DNA of 59,854 nt, the filler included, from Callorhinchus milii (taxonomy: Eukaryota), in the NCBI RefSeq assembly GCF_018977255.1. It is 2 parts of 2 records of this genome, joined end to end, with 100 filler letters (N's around TTAATTAATTAA, not from the genome) between each part and the next. Parts side by side here need not be neighbours in the genome. Positions count along the whole stretch, not along the records: positions 1 to 29,898 come from NW_024705641.1; 1 more part is not named here. One strand, written 5' to 3'. A model generated the notes under the pieces. It saw only the letters and a list, made by a program, of their open reading frames with translations, was not told the origin of the DNA and did not search any database. Shown piece by piece: positions 1-11,609 of this stretch (its first letter is position 1; every line of letters begins with the position of its first letter). The position numbers were made by a program, and so were the translations under genes.

Positions 1-124
1 CCTTTGAGCAGTATCTCGGCTAACCCACCTGTTAACTTTTCCCCAGATACACCTCCTTCTCTGATTGGTTGGTACTTCACCGTGCTCGTACCCGTGATTC
101 CTTTTCCGGCCAGCAGGTGTCAAC

Positions 125-244
125 CAGAGGTCGCAAACGGGTTTTGATTCCTTACCCGTACCCGGCCGCACCAGGGTCGCAAATGGGTACCCGTACCGGG
201 TATCGGGTAGGATACGGGTATCGGGTACCCGGTTGCGACCTCTG
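125..244. mobile_element. 120-bp hAT-type MITE
   Basis: TIRs CAGAGGTCGCAAACGGGT / ACCCGGTTGCGACCTCTG; perfect 8-bp TSD GTGTCAAC at 117-124 and 245-252. Confidence 0.85.
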
Positions 245-890
245 GTGTCAACCTATCATTACCCATATTTACACACTGCACGACGTAATCATACATGGGA
301 GGCACAGGACCGGTTCAGATATTCTCTGCCATTGTTAAAAACCGTGAGAGGGAATTAAACTGTCCATGCAGTTAGTAGCAGACTGCGTTGACTGCTGCAC
401 CATTACTCCGAACATTACACTCTCACGCACACAAATACAATCATATACTCATGGTCTGAAATGATGACCTGGATATGCCTCAATTGGAATTACATTTGAT
501 AAAATCTCAACTTACTGTTGGGAGTCTTGCGACTCAGCGAGGCTCTCACCATACGGGAAGGAATGGTGGGAGTACCAAAATTGCTATTCCAGTCTTGCGA
601 ATGCACTCGCTTGCACTTGCTTGCCTCTGCTCCCTGAACAGACAACCAAGCATTACGCTAATTTGTTTGGCACATTCCGTTGGTTAATTTCCTAATAGAA
701 TTAAGCCCAGCCATGTGTTGTATACAACATTTAGCGGTAAGTACCTGGCGTTGCCGGCGGAAAAGGCAGACACACACATAGACACACACACAGACATCAA
801 CTTTAGACACACATATGTAGTTACACACACAAATGGACACACACACACATAGACTTACATATCGACTCATACATACATACATAGACTCAT

Positions 891-1126
891 CAACCGCCAT
901 TCGCCACTAAGTGGCGGTGACGTAACCACAACGTTTGTGGCAGGCTATGTGCACCTTGAGGCCACGTGAAGTGTCAAACTCCCGCTGGCAGGAGGTCACG
1001 GGGCAGAGCCAAATGCCACAGGTCGATTGACTGAGATGACTGGCTGATGCAGCACCTGTGTCCCCTACTGTGCCAACTTGCTGTGGTTTAGCCACCCGGC
1101 GCTCCGCTCGTTGTTGTGAGCGTCGC
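891..1126 (-). mobile_element. RTE-clade LINE 3'-end fragment
   Basis: Encodes RSQQRAERRVAK...CPVTSCQREFDTSRGLKVHIACHKR, the same C-terminus as the longer RTE copy at 1586. Confidence 0.8.
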
Positions 1127-1560
1127 GTGGAGTGTCCGATGCTACATAGACTCACACACACATTGACCTACACAAACACACATGGATTTACCAAGACACA
1201 CATCGACTTAAACACACAAACATGGACTTACACACACACGGACCACGCACACACATCGACTTACACACACATACATAGACTGACGCAAACAAATGAACTT
1301 ACACGCACATATCGACGCACACACACACACATGGACTCTCACTACACACATTGCCGTACACACATCGACTGACACACAGACTCCCACACAAACATGCATG
1401 TACTCACACGCACATAGAGGCACACACACATGCACTGACACACACACATGGACTTACGCACACACATGTACATACAGACAGACGTGGACCAAAATACAGA
1501 AAGAAATGGACTTACACTGACTCACATGGAGCGACGCACACACAGTGACTAACACACGCA

Positions 1561-3780
1561 CAACAAAAACAACTGCCATTCACCACTAAGTGGTGGTGAT
1601 GTCACCACGACGCTTGTGCCAGGCCATGTGCACCTTGAGGCCACGTGAAGTGTCGAACGCCTGCTGGCAGGAGGTCATGGGGCAGACCCAGGTGCCACGG
1701 GTCGACTGACTGAGATGACTGGCTGATGCACCATCTGTGCCCCCTACTGTGCCAACTTGCTGTGCTTTAGCCACCCGGCGCTCTGCTCGTTGTTGTGAGC
1801 GTCGCTCCTCCGCCCTCCGTTGTTGTTGGAGGGTGACTGCCTCCAACTGCCCAGTAGCGTCCTTCACGAGCCTCCTCCACAGAGGCCGATCTTGACACCG
1901 CTGGTACCAGTCATTGCCAAGTCCACTCAGTTCCACGTCCTCCTGTACCACATCATTCCATCTCTTTTCTAGCCCGTGCCGTGCCCGTTTAGCCCCCTCG
2001 ATCCAGCCGAACAAAAGCTGTTTAGGCATGCGGTGGCTGGGCATGCGGGCTAAATCACCCAGCCAACGCAGCCTTGCCTGCCGGAGGAGCTCACCGATGG
2101 CACTTTGCCCAGATCTTTCAAGGATTTGTGAGCTGCTCACACAATCCAGCCTGGTTAAACCCAGGATGGATCGTAGGCAGGCCAGCCTAACGTTTCGCAA
2201 GCGTAGAGAAGGGAGGGAATGACTGTGGCCGAGAAGACCTGAAGCTTCGTGCGGAGCGACAGACCAGGTAGCTTCCACACAGCGTTACGCAACCGATGAA
2301 AAGATATTGCCGCTCGACTGATTCGGAGTGAGACCTCTGCTGTTAAACTGGAGCCGGTCATAAGCACACTGCCCAGGTATGGGAAACTCTCCACTCTCTC
2401 CACAACTGCCCCATCACAGATTGGGAGTTGTGGGGTGGAGTGTCCGATGGTACAAAATACCCAGGCAGGTGCTTAGTTTTGGTGGGGCTGATGGTAAGGC
2501 CCCACCTCTTAGTGGCACGCTCCAGTCTCAGCAGCAGCGTCTCCAACTCCTCCTCTGAATGAGCAGCTATTACCAAATCATCGGCATACATAACGTGGTT
2601 GACCAATAGGGAGCCATCCCTTGATCGCACCCGGGCATCGATCAGCCTCCCATTATATCTGTACCAAATGGAAATTCCCCGGTACAGCTATTGAAGGCTT
2701 CACGAACTACGTGGTCAAAATAGATGTTAAATAATGTGGGAGCCAGAGGACATCCCTGTCGCACCCCAAGGTGTACAGGGAAAGGCTCTCCCGGCCACGT
2801 AGTTTTACCCGGGCCCGCTCACCATCATGAAGGTCCTTAATGATCGTGAGCAGAGGGTCAGGGACTCCGAAAGCACGAACAACCCAGAGCCCAGGCCTAC
2901 TGATGGTATCATAGGCCTTGACCAGGTCAATAAAGCAGAGATGTAGGTCTTGTTGGAATTCCCTACACCTCTGCTGTAGCAGACGGACAGAAAATATGGC
3001 ATCTGTGCAGGACCGCCCTTTCCTGAAACCGCATTGGGGCTCCGCAAGCCTCTCCTCAGCGTGCCTAGCAAGGCGATGTTGAATAATCCTTGCCAGGACC
3101 TTTCCCGGCACACTGAGGAGTGAGATGCCCCTGTAGTTGTTACAGTCTGTGCGGTCCCCCTTCTTAAAGAGGGGGACCACCAGGGCATCCTTCCAATCCT
3201 GCGGAACCCGTCCAGTGGTCCAGACTGTTGTTATGATGTCATATAGGGCAGTCTGTGCACAAACGCCACCCTCCCTCAGCATTTCGCTTGGGAGATCATC
3301 TCTGCCCGGTGCCTTTCCTGGTCTCAGACTCCGGATCGCCTTCAGTACTTCCTCAACAGATGGCACCTCAGCCAGCCACACACAGGGGGTGACTTCTTCC
3401 AATATTTGAGGCACCGCAGCCTCAGCAGGGTCATCCCCACTTTGTGCCATGATGTTTTCCTGGCTGAGGATTTCTCCTCCCCAGGACCTCACAGAAATGC
3501 TCAGCAAATCTGCAAACCTGTTCCTGGGGGTCGGAGATTGGATCACCGTTTTTCCCCTAATGATGGTAATCGGTGTGGCGCGGTAGATTACTTTTTTTAT
3601 GGAGTTAAATAGTGATTTGTGATCGCGGCCACTGAGGCAGACTCCATCTTCTCAGCAACCCGCGACCACCACCCATCCTTGCAGCGCCTTACGGCTCTCC
3701 GAACCTCCGAGCGAAGGCTGCGGTAAGCCTCCTAATTCTCTGACGTGGGATGCTGTAGCCGATGAGAGTGGCCTGTCGCT
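1561..3780 (-). mobile_element. RTE-clade LINE, 5'-truncated and frameshifted (RT domain plus C-terminus)
   Basis: ORF pieces GKAPGRD, PQDWKDALVVPLFKKGD, NYRGISLL, PQCGFRKGRSCTD, FIDLVKAYD, MYADDL, VESFPYLGS, RLRWLGxxARM, RMPKQLLFG; degenerate (GTT)n tail. Confidence 0.92.
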
Positions 3781-3787
3781 TTTTAAT

Positions 3788-4225
3788 CCTTTATATTAGT
3801 TCACTTGTTTGCTTGCGCGCTTACGACCGTGCAAATCTTTCGGTCGTTTTTTAACCCACTTCCCGTGATCCAATCGAGCTGACATTTGCACACAGACTCG
3901 TTGTGCGTGACAATTTATTTTCGTGAAAAAAAATTCAAAATGTTCCACTTTTTAGGAAAAAAAAATTTCACTAACAATCATATATTTTTCCTAAACACGA
4001 AAATTATTAAAGAAAACAACAAAAATGTACAATATAAACAATCATACAAGAACTGAAAACCTTATAATCCTTATATACGACTTTCCTTATATTTAATTTA
4101 AATACCAATGTGATAAAATGAAACTCTTACTCAAGAAAAACTGAAATGAATATAAAATAAAACCGATGCCACGCATATAAAGGATTTATAGTGAAAAACT
4201 TAGTTTTTACGGGTTAATTTTTTCT
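3788..4225 (+). mobile_element. Helitron-like non-autonomous element (family B), 5' part
   Basis: Starts A|TCCTTTATATTAG with a (GCTT)n microsatellite near the end; near-identical to 6680-6900 and 7173-7302. Confidence 0.55.
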
Positions 4226-4299
4226 CAACTATCCTCAACACCTCTGTCAGCCAGGGTCTCTGGGGAGGTCTGGACCGTGTACCAAAAGCAGCCATTGCA

Positions 4300-4830
4300 G
4301 CTGCATGCTATTAATACAGCAGTGCATACTGTGGTGGTACCTGCTATCGGTACAGCAGTGCATACTGATTGTGGTGGTAGCTGCTATGATAGCAGTGCAT
4401 ACTGTGGTGGTACATGGTTTAACAACAGCAGTGCATACTGAATGTGCTGGTACCTGCTATGATTACAGCAGTACATATTGTGATGGTACCTGCTATGATG
4501 ACAGCAGTGCATATTGACTGGTGGTAGCTGGTATGATTACAGCAGTGCATACAGTGGTGGTACCTGCTTTAGCTACTGCAGTACATACAGACTTTGGTAC
4601 CTGCTTTCACTACAGCAGTGCATAGTGACTGTGGTGGTCCCTGCTATGATTACAGCAGTGCAAAGTGTGGTGGTACCTGCTTTCCCTACAGCAGTGCATG
4701 CATACTGTGGTGTAAGCTGCTATGATGAGAGCAGGGCAAGCGACAGTGGTGGTACCTGCTATGATGACAGCAGTGCATAGTGACTGTGGTGGTACCTGCT
4801 AGCAATACAGTAGTACATGTTGACTACTTT
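4300..4830. repeat. Degenerate ~36-40-bp minisatellite (GTGGTGGTACCTGCTATGATTACAGCAGTGCATACT)
   Basis: More than 10 tandem units are visible directly. Confidence 0.85.
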
Positions 4831-4848
4831 ATCGCAGTATATATGGAA

Positions 4849-5075
4849 CTAGCTTTACTACCCGGCTTCGCCCGGGACTTGGATTCACCTTTGTCTCCAC
4901 AGTGGCGATGTTCACACACCACACCAGTTACTCACCACTTTACGATTTAAATGTTGTTTTCGTCGTATGAGTTTGCTAATGTGTCTCCAATGTTACAATT
5001 GTTATGCTGCAGATATTTTTTTCATAAAAAGCTTAAGGACTAATGTTTTTCTTAACCAAATGAACGAATAAAATA
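4849..5075 (-). mobile_element. Helitron 3' terminal fragment
   Basis: Minus strand ends CCCGGGCGAAGCCGGG hairpin + TAGTAAAG + CTAG|T. Extent away from the terminus is uncertain. Confidence 0.55.
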
Positions 5076-5716
5076 AATTCATCTCATTCCCCATTCAGCC
5101 TCTGAGCTCGCGACTCCGCGTGATGTCACGAGACCAGCTGGAGCCATGAAGTGGTCACGAAGTCGAATCCATGGATCTCTGCTGACTCTGACCTGAGGTA
5201 AGAAGTTAACATTGTGCCGTGATTGTTGTTGTTTACCCAGGTACAGCCTCGCTCTTTCTTTCGTAGGGATATCAATTGAGTCGCATAGTTGTGGAATCGA
5301 TGTCCAGGTTGTATCATTAACACATTGCAGCGTGGGGCAAAGCCATGCAGGGCTGGTTACCACTTTGCTCGCCACTCACAGATCTGAGCTGAAAAGTTCA
5401 TATCGTGGTGGTGGTGGTTCTTGTTTACCCAGTGTAATGCGAGCGTGAATGAGGTTGCTGCTGGACTCTAGCCCAATCACACGACCGGGGTATTGGAGGT
5501 GGAGCCAGCAGGGCAGTATGAGAAGAGCGGATCTGACGATCCGGAAGGGAGGAATCAGGTCACGTGAGAGAGGTTATAGAGGGGAGCCCGGAAGAGATCG
5601 GGCCAGTCGATGGAGTGAAGAGGCGGGACCACGTTGGGTGGCCGCCGCGCCATCAGCCACGGGGCTGATGGGGCTTGGCACACCGTCGGCCACGGTGTGC
5701 GAAGCGAGAGAAGAGT

Positions 5717-5830
5717 GAGCGGGGCACACGGGGCTAGCGAGTGGCTAGCAGAGTGTGCGGGGCACACGGGGCTAGCGGAGTGGCTAGCAGAGTGTGCGGG
5801 GCACACGGGGCTAGCGGAGTGGCTAGCAGG
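5717..5830. repeat. ~39-bp tandem repeat (GCGGGGCACACGGGGCTAGCGGAGTGGCTAGCAGAGTGT) x3
   Basis: Direct tandem copies visible. Confidence 0.85.
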
Positions 5831-5856
5831 GCGTGCGTGGCACGCGAGAGGAGACA

Positions 5857-5960
5857 GTGCTGATTGCCAGACTGGTTACAGCCTTTGGAGCAGTTTTGCA
5901 CATCTCGCTGATAATTTTTGAAGTTGGATAATCGCGCATTGGATAATCGATGACCAACTG
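5857..5960. mobile_element. Tigger/pogo-like MITE terminal fragment
   Basis: Ends GGATAATCGATGACCAACTG|TA; similar to the right end of the MITE at 27923-28566. Confidence 0.55.
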
Positions 5961-6679
5961 TATGTATTTGTTGCTTTTTCTAGGCCTTAAATATTCCAGG
6001 AAGTAACCACACTGTCAGTGGTTGGCTGGTGAACCCTCTGTTGAGGAAGTGTGAAGGAAAATCCAGAGTCTAAGAGGTGTCTTCATGCTGGCAATAATTG
6101 ACCTCCAAAGGGAGGGTGGTGATTTCATACTGGTTGCAATACAGCTGCATGGATCAAAGGATGACCCAACTGATGGTCAGATAATGATTATTCAACATTG
6201 GCTTGCCCAGACCTGCTGAGAAGAATCTTGCAAAGCCCCATTGTGGTTTCAGGCCAGGAAATGTATGCACAAATGTCATAGAGGAGACGGTTGAATATTG
6301 CGGGTTCATCATTTGTGGTTTCAACCTTTAGCGGGAAACCTCTATGCATACCAATTTAGCCTTTCGCCGGTATACTTTACCCGCAAGTACTGTTTCATTG
6401 GCTTTTATCGTGGTATGGGTCATGGCGAGCGAGGAATACGAGGCAGTCAGTGGCACCTCAACCGTTGCAATGCAGGCATCTCATGTGATAAGACATTGAC
6501 CTCCCCCCCCCCCCCGTTTAGCCTTAACAGATTGTTGGGGAAAGTGCTGTTAGTGCATAGCACCTATGAAGAGCGACATGGTACTCGAAGGGTGGGTGTG
6601 ACCAACACCATGCTTGCCGAATTTGTCTCCCCAGTGCGATGTTTACACACGGTTACACATCAGACTCGGTACTTTTAAA

Positions 6680-7123
6680 TCCTTTATATTAAGTTCACTT
6701 GCTTGCTTGCTTGCGTGCTTGCTTGCTTGCGCGCTTACGACCATGCAAATCTTTCGGTCGTTTTTTAACCCACTTCCGTGATCCAATCGAGCTGACATTT
6801 TGCACACAGACTCGTTGTGCGTGACAATTAATTTTCGTGAAATTTTTTTCCAAAATTTTACACTGTTTAGGAAAAAATAGATTTTTTTTATATTTAATTA
6901 CCAATTGCTTAATGGTGGCAGACAACTCATCTGACCCATAGGTGGCAGCCATCTCAATCCAGAGGACGAGAGGACTCTAGCCGCCCGTTTCATGATGATG
7001 CAAATGTTGACTAACCACATGGCATGAAATCCCTGCCCCCACGCTGTACAATGGAGACTATTTATAGAGCAGTTAAATTGAAGCCGCCAGGTTCTTGAAA
7101 GTGGTAAAACGGGTCAACGCTAG
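6680..7123 (+). mobile_element. Helitron-like family B copy
   Basis: A|TCCTTTATATTAAG start, (GCTT)n, possible 3' end AAAACGGGTCAACGCTAG|T. The internal 6900-7100 part is unassigned. Confidence 0.45.
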
Positions 7124-7172
7124 TGCCCTCGGGAATATACGGGCATGTCAAGAGGTGATCTTTCATTTTTAA

Positions 7173-7302
7173 ATCCTTTATATTAACTTCACTTGCTTGC
7201 TTGCTTACTCAAGAAAAACGGAAATGAATAATAAGATGAAAACGATGCCACGCATATAAAGAATTTATAGTGAAAAACTTTGTTTTACGGGTTAATTTTT
7301 TT
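7173..7302 (+). mobile_element. Helitron-like family B internally deleted fragment
   Basis: Same 5' start joined directly to the segment matching 4126-4222. Confidence 0.5.
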
Positions 7303-7791
7303 GAGGTGGTGTTGACCTAGGGAAGGCCCAGAGCTGATTCAGATTTTCATCATTGGTGTTGGGCATGAGCGGGAATATAAATCATGTCGCTGGGTTCATA
7401 TCGCAGTACGCTAAGCATTGCACTACGCTCCTCACTCATGCACAATCATTAGTATCGGAAGTATAGTATTTTTCAGTACTAGTTAAGCTCCCAGCTTCAC
7501 ACGGTTCTCGGTCATCAACTTAAGAACAATGTCTTGCCATGCTGGCTTTATTGGAATAATTTATTATGCCAATGATTTTGTTAAATGTGTATTTGGTCAT
7601 GGTTTTTGGTAGTGTTATACAATCGCAGGGCTTGCTTGTTTCATAATGAGGACAGATTTTAGTTTTGTTACACTTGGAGAGCTTCAGGATAGACAATGTT
7701 GGATTTTTGCCATTTGATGTTTTTAATCGAATGAAGCTTCAATTGTGACATACATGTCGACAACAAATTGGTGGAAGAGCTCTTTGCATCT

Positions 7792-8128
7792 TGACTTAAA
7801 GCTTTCATGACTGCAGGAATTCATGTTCTTTGGGTCTTACATTAACATGCTAATCTCTCATATTAACATAGCCACCTCCACGCTGTCGTCTTGTTCGCCT
7901 CTCTCCGATCTGACATTTACATGCTAATTTCTAACATTAACATCACTAGCCCCGCCCACTTCATTTATGACCCTTGGGTTACACCCATTTTAAATCTTTA
8001 AAACAGTGCCTCAGCAGCTTCCTTTTTTCTCCTCCTGATGACGATCGCTTGTGTTGTGAAACGTCGTAGTTTTTTGTTATTTTCTTTCAACCTATCTACG
8101 TGACTTTACCGAAAGACCCAAAGAATAT
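7792..8128 (+). mobile_element. Penelope-like element remnant (short inverted pLTR end + pLTR) inserted in the Helitron
   Basis: 14-bp TSD AGCTCTTTGCATCT at 7778-7791 and 8129-8142; homologous to 28591-28951; contains a hammerhead core. Confidence 0.8.
8031..8069 (+). ncRNA. Degenerate minimal hammerhead ribozyme (stem II 3' arm largely deleted)
   Basis: CTGATGA-C-GATCGC-TTGTGTT-GT-GAAACGTC. Confidence 0.5.
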
Positions 8129-9834
8129 AGCTCTTTGCATCTAAAGAAGAGATTGAAGCTGTTGTTTCGCACTATGATCCTGAAGGCAAAGAAGTCCATG
8201 GCAGAAATCTTCTTTCGTGTTGGCAAGCCTGTTTCTGCGTCAGTTTGGCGAAGTAGGGAATGGTAGCTGGTCATCACCTTGCCAGAAAAGCAGTGGACAT
8301 TGAAGAGCATCATAGGATCGTTGTTCCAATTCTGTGTAGGGTATTGTGCCTCAGTTACAAGACGATGCCTCAAGTGCCATATTTTTCAGCAGTCAGAACG
8401 AAAGATACTTCAGATGTGAGTACATTTAAGTGGCACTCATATTGACCATGTGGAGTTTAGTCTGCATGAATGACAACATTGTACTCTGAAGTCATCTTCT
8501 CCATGGGGCACTTGAAACAGTGAACATAAGAGTTTTCCTTATGGAGCATGTCTTGCCACAGAAATAGGACTTGCATCTTGGTGTTGATGACATTTTTGCA
8601 ATGCTGGTGAGCCTGTCTGGTATTGTCAGACATGCAAGTAGAAGTGTGATAATGTAGCTATGTCATTAGGTAGTCGCAGCAGACTGCCAATGCCATTTTG
8701 TATCTGGCCCTACACTTTCAATCTGGGCATGTAGCCAGATGTTGGATGAGTTGGTCAGTGCCAAAACATGTAATTTGGAAGCATGAGTTCTATCTTATAT
8801 TGTTTTGGAAATGGCTTTCCTACGTAATGTTGGCAGGTATCAATACATGAAAAGGCTCGGATGGTAATTAATGTTAGGCAGCTGAACCATGGTAGTGTTG
8901 CAGCATAGCCCTGGAGGGTCTCCTTTTAAATGCATTGCATGGCAGTATCTGCAAGAAGTAGACATGGAACGAATGGCAACTAATGGATCATAAGTGTAAA
9001 TGAAGTGAGGAATGAATGGAAAAGACGAATTTTCCTTTTGGCTGCAGGTTAGGCACCTGGGTGCAGCCATTGTAGTGCTGTTAGAAAGCTGCCTTGCTTG
9101 TTGGTGGACTGGAGTTTTATTAGCTGTGGCAGCAGCCATTTATGTTGTGTTAGTTTTCTGTGTAGCTTTTGCTGTTAAGGAGTTGCATTCGTTGTAGGTG
9201 CAGGCATAGCAGCACGGGTCGCATGCTGTCTTGCTTCTGGTGTTCAAGAGATTAATTAGCTGTAGGTGTAGTATAGGTAGCATGCTGTCTCGCTTTGTGT
9301 TCAGGAGTATCATTAGCTCTAGGTGCACCCATTACAGCACTTGTACGAATGGCATCAATTATTGTAATCGGCTTTGGTGAAGAGAAGCACACGTTTTCCG
9401 CAAGGAACATTATAGGTGAAATTAATAAGCATAAAAAGAGTAAATAGTGAGTCTGAGTGAATGCTGTGTAGAGATTGTTAATGAAATTATAGTTGAATGT
9501 GTGCTCGTTGTAGGAATGTGAAGACAGCCACAAATAAACGAAGTATAAAGCTGTACATTGTTGGAGGGTGTAATTGTTTGTCGTGCGTGAAGTGGTATGA
9601 ATAGTATGTGTGGTGGTGTGTACATATATAATTATTATAACGCACGTGCTGTTGTATAGCATCTATAACGTTTAGGAGGAGGTCGGTAGTGCTGGTACGT
9701 AGATGTACATATTTAAAATAGTACGTATTTTTAAAATAAATATTGCAGTGTGTGTTTAGAGGTGAGCCGTGCACATGCAGAGAGGACAGTAAGGAGCTAG
9801 AAGTGGATGAATTTGGCAGCAAAACCGCAGGGCT

Positions 9835-11605
9835 GATAACCTGTGTATCTACCGGCTGTGCAGCAGTATATACTGAATATAGTGGTATCTGCTGACTATA
9901 GTAGTATCTACCGACCCTACGGTCGTATCTCCCGACTCCATTGTAGCATCTTCCGAATCTATAGTAGCATCTACCGACTCTATAGTCGTTACTACTGACT
10001 CTGCAGCAGTATATACTGACTGTAGTGGAATCTACTGACTGTAGTATTATCTACTGAATATAGTAGTATCTACTGACTCTACAGTAGTATCTACTGACCG
10101 TAGTAGTATCTACTGACCGTAGTAGTGTTTACTGACTGCAGTAGTATTTACTAACTATACAGTAGTATCTACTGACTATAGTAGTATCAACCAAATCTAT
10201 TGTTTAAAAACTGACTACAGTATATAATGACTAAAGTAGTTTCTGCTGAATCTATAGTATCTATTGACTGTAGTAGTATCCACTGACTATAGTAGTAACT
10301 TCTAACTCTATAGCAGTATCTACAGACTCTATATTAGTATCTGCAGACTCTATAGCACACACTCATCCCCGTCTCGACTCACTAGCTTGTCTCCGTGCTC
10401 TCAACTGCCTACCCATCGCTAGTAGGGTCACATACAAGACCGCCTGCCTCTGCCACAATGCCTTCATATCCGCCTAACCGCCCGTACCTTTCTTCATTAT
10501 TGACAACTTGCAGCTCAGCACACGGAAGATGCCTGCGCAGCGCAACTCACGACCTCCTCTCGATACCAAGATCCAGGATGGTCATGTCTATGCGCCGCTT
10601 CTCGGTGGCAGCCCCAACAGTCTGGAACGATATCCCTCTGCACATTCGCAGCATCACCTCAATCGCCTCCTTCAAGAGAGACTTAAAACTCACCTCTACA
10701 ATTATGCTTTTGAGCGACTCTGAGCTTGGCTCCGCGCCTCTGAGTTGCGGCCACTACGTCTGCAAATTTGCGCGCGTTACAAATTGAACTATTATTATTA
10801 CTGATTATAGCAGTATCTGCTGATTATAGCAGTATCTACCGACTACAGTAGTATCTACTGAATCTATAGTCGTATCTATTGATTCGATAGTAGTATCCAC
10901 TGACTATAGTAGTAACTACTAACTCTAGCAGTATCTACTGACTCTAGTCGTATCTGCAGACTCTATAGCAGTATCTGCTGATTATAGCAGTATCTACCGA
11001 CTATAGTAGTAACTACTGACCCTACAGTAGTATCTACTGAATATATAGTCATATATATTGACTCGATAGTAGTATCCCCTGACTATAGTCATAACTACTA
11101 ACTCTATATCAGTGTCTCCTGACTATAGCAGTATCTGCTTACTCTGTAGCAGTATCTACTGACTCGACAGTAGCATCTACCAACTTTACAGTAGTATCTA
11201 CTGACACTACAGTAGTATCTTCCAACACTACAGTAGTATCTACCGACTCTACAGTAGTATTTACCGACTCTACAGTAGTATCTCCCGACTCTACAGTAGT
11301 ATCTCCGACACTACAATAGTATCCACCGACTTGACAGTAGTATCCACCGACTCTCCAGTAGTATCTACAGACTCTACAGTAGTATCTACTGACTCTACAG
11401 TAGTATCTACTGACTCTACAGTAGTATCTACCGGCTTTAATGTACTATCTCCCGACTTTGCATTAGTATCTACCGACTCTACAATAGTATCTACCGACTC
11501 TACACTAGTATCTACCGACTCTACAGTAGTATCTCCCGACTTTACATTAGTATCTACCGACTTAACAGTAGTTTCTCCCGACTTAACAGTAGTATCTACC
11601 GATTC
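9835..11605. repeat. ~21-bp satellite (GACTCTACAGTAGTATCTACY), interrupted by an L2 fragment
   Basis: Dozens of tandem 19-21-bp units on both sides of 10360-10800. Confidence 0.92.
10358..10800 (+). mobile_element. L2-group LINE 3' fragment
   Basis: LRSATHDLLSIPR...RRFSVAAPTVWNDIP...SFKRDLK(THLY) C-terminal motif; (ATT)n tail. Confidence 0.8.
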
Positions 11606-11609
11606 TAGA

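Larger units (their letters stand above)
731..3780 (-). mobile_element. Non-autonomous Helitron (family A) 3' part, with CA-rich arrays and RTE cargo
   Basis: Family A 3' terminus at 731-765 (ttagcggtaagtacctggcgttgccggcgg; CTAG mutated), followed by the same CA/GACT array and RTE 3' end as the copies at 18240 and 24511. No 5' end found. Confidence 0.6.
7479..9830 (-). mobile_element. Decayed RepHel-coding Helitron (N-terminal and Rep-adjacent region; helicase not seen)
   Basis: Fragments MSTSCRYCHAMHLKGDPPGLCCNTTMVQLP, KKISAMDFFAFRIIVRNNSFNLFFRCKEL and, across the insertion, FHQFVVDMYVTIE resemble Helitron RepHel motifs. CTAG|T 3' end with degenerate hairpin at 7479-7505. Many stops and frameshifts. 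Confidence 0.8.

Noticed and set aside
658..1548. ORFs rich in Cys/Val or His/Thr (also at 13270-13695, 19808-20404, 25453-26216, 56347-57227)
   Set aside because: Translations of CA/TG-rich microsatellite arrays.
2707..3546. Active or domesticated reverse transcriptase gene
   Set aside because: Frameshifted, lacks the endonuclease and 5' end, and is one of several decayed copies.
7355..7430. tRNA-like sequence on the minus strand (also ~16635-16700)
   Set aside because: Too degenerate to fold; at most old SINE heads.
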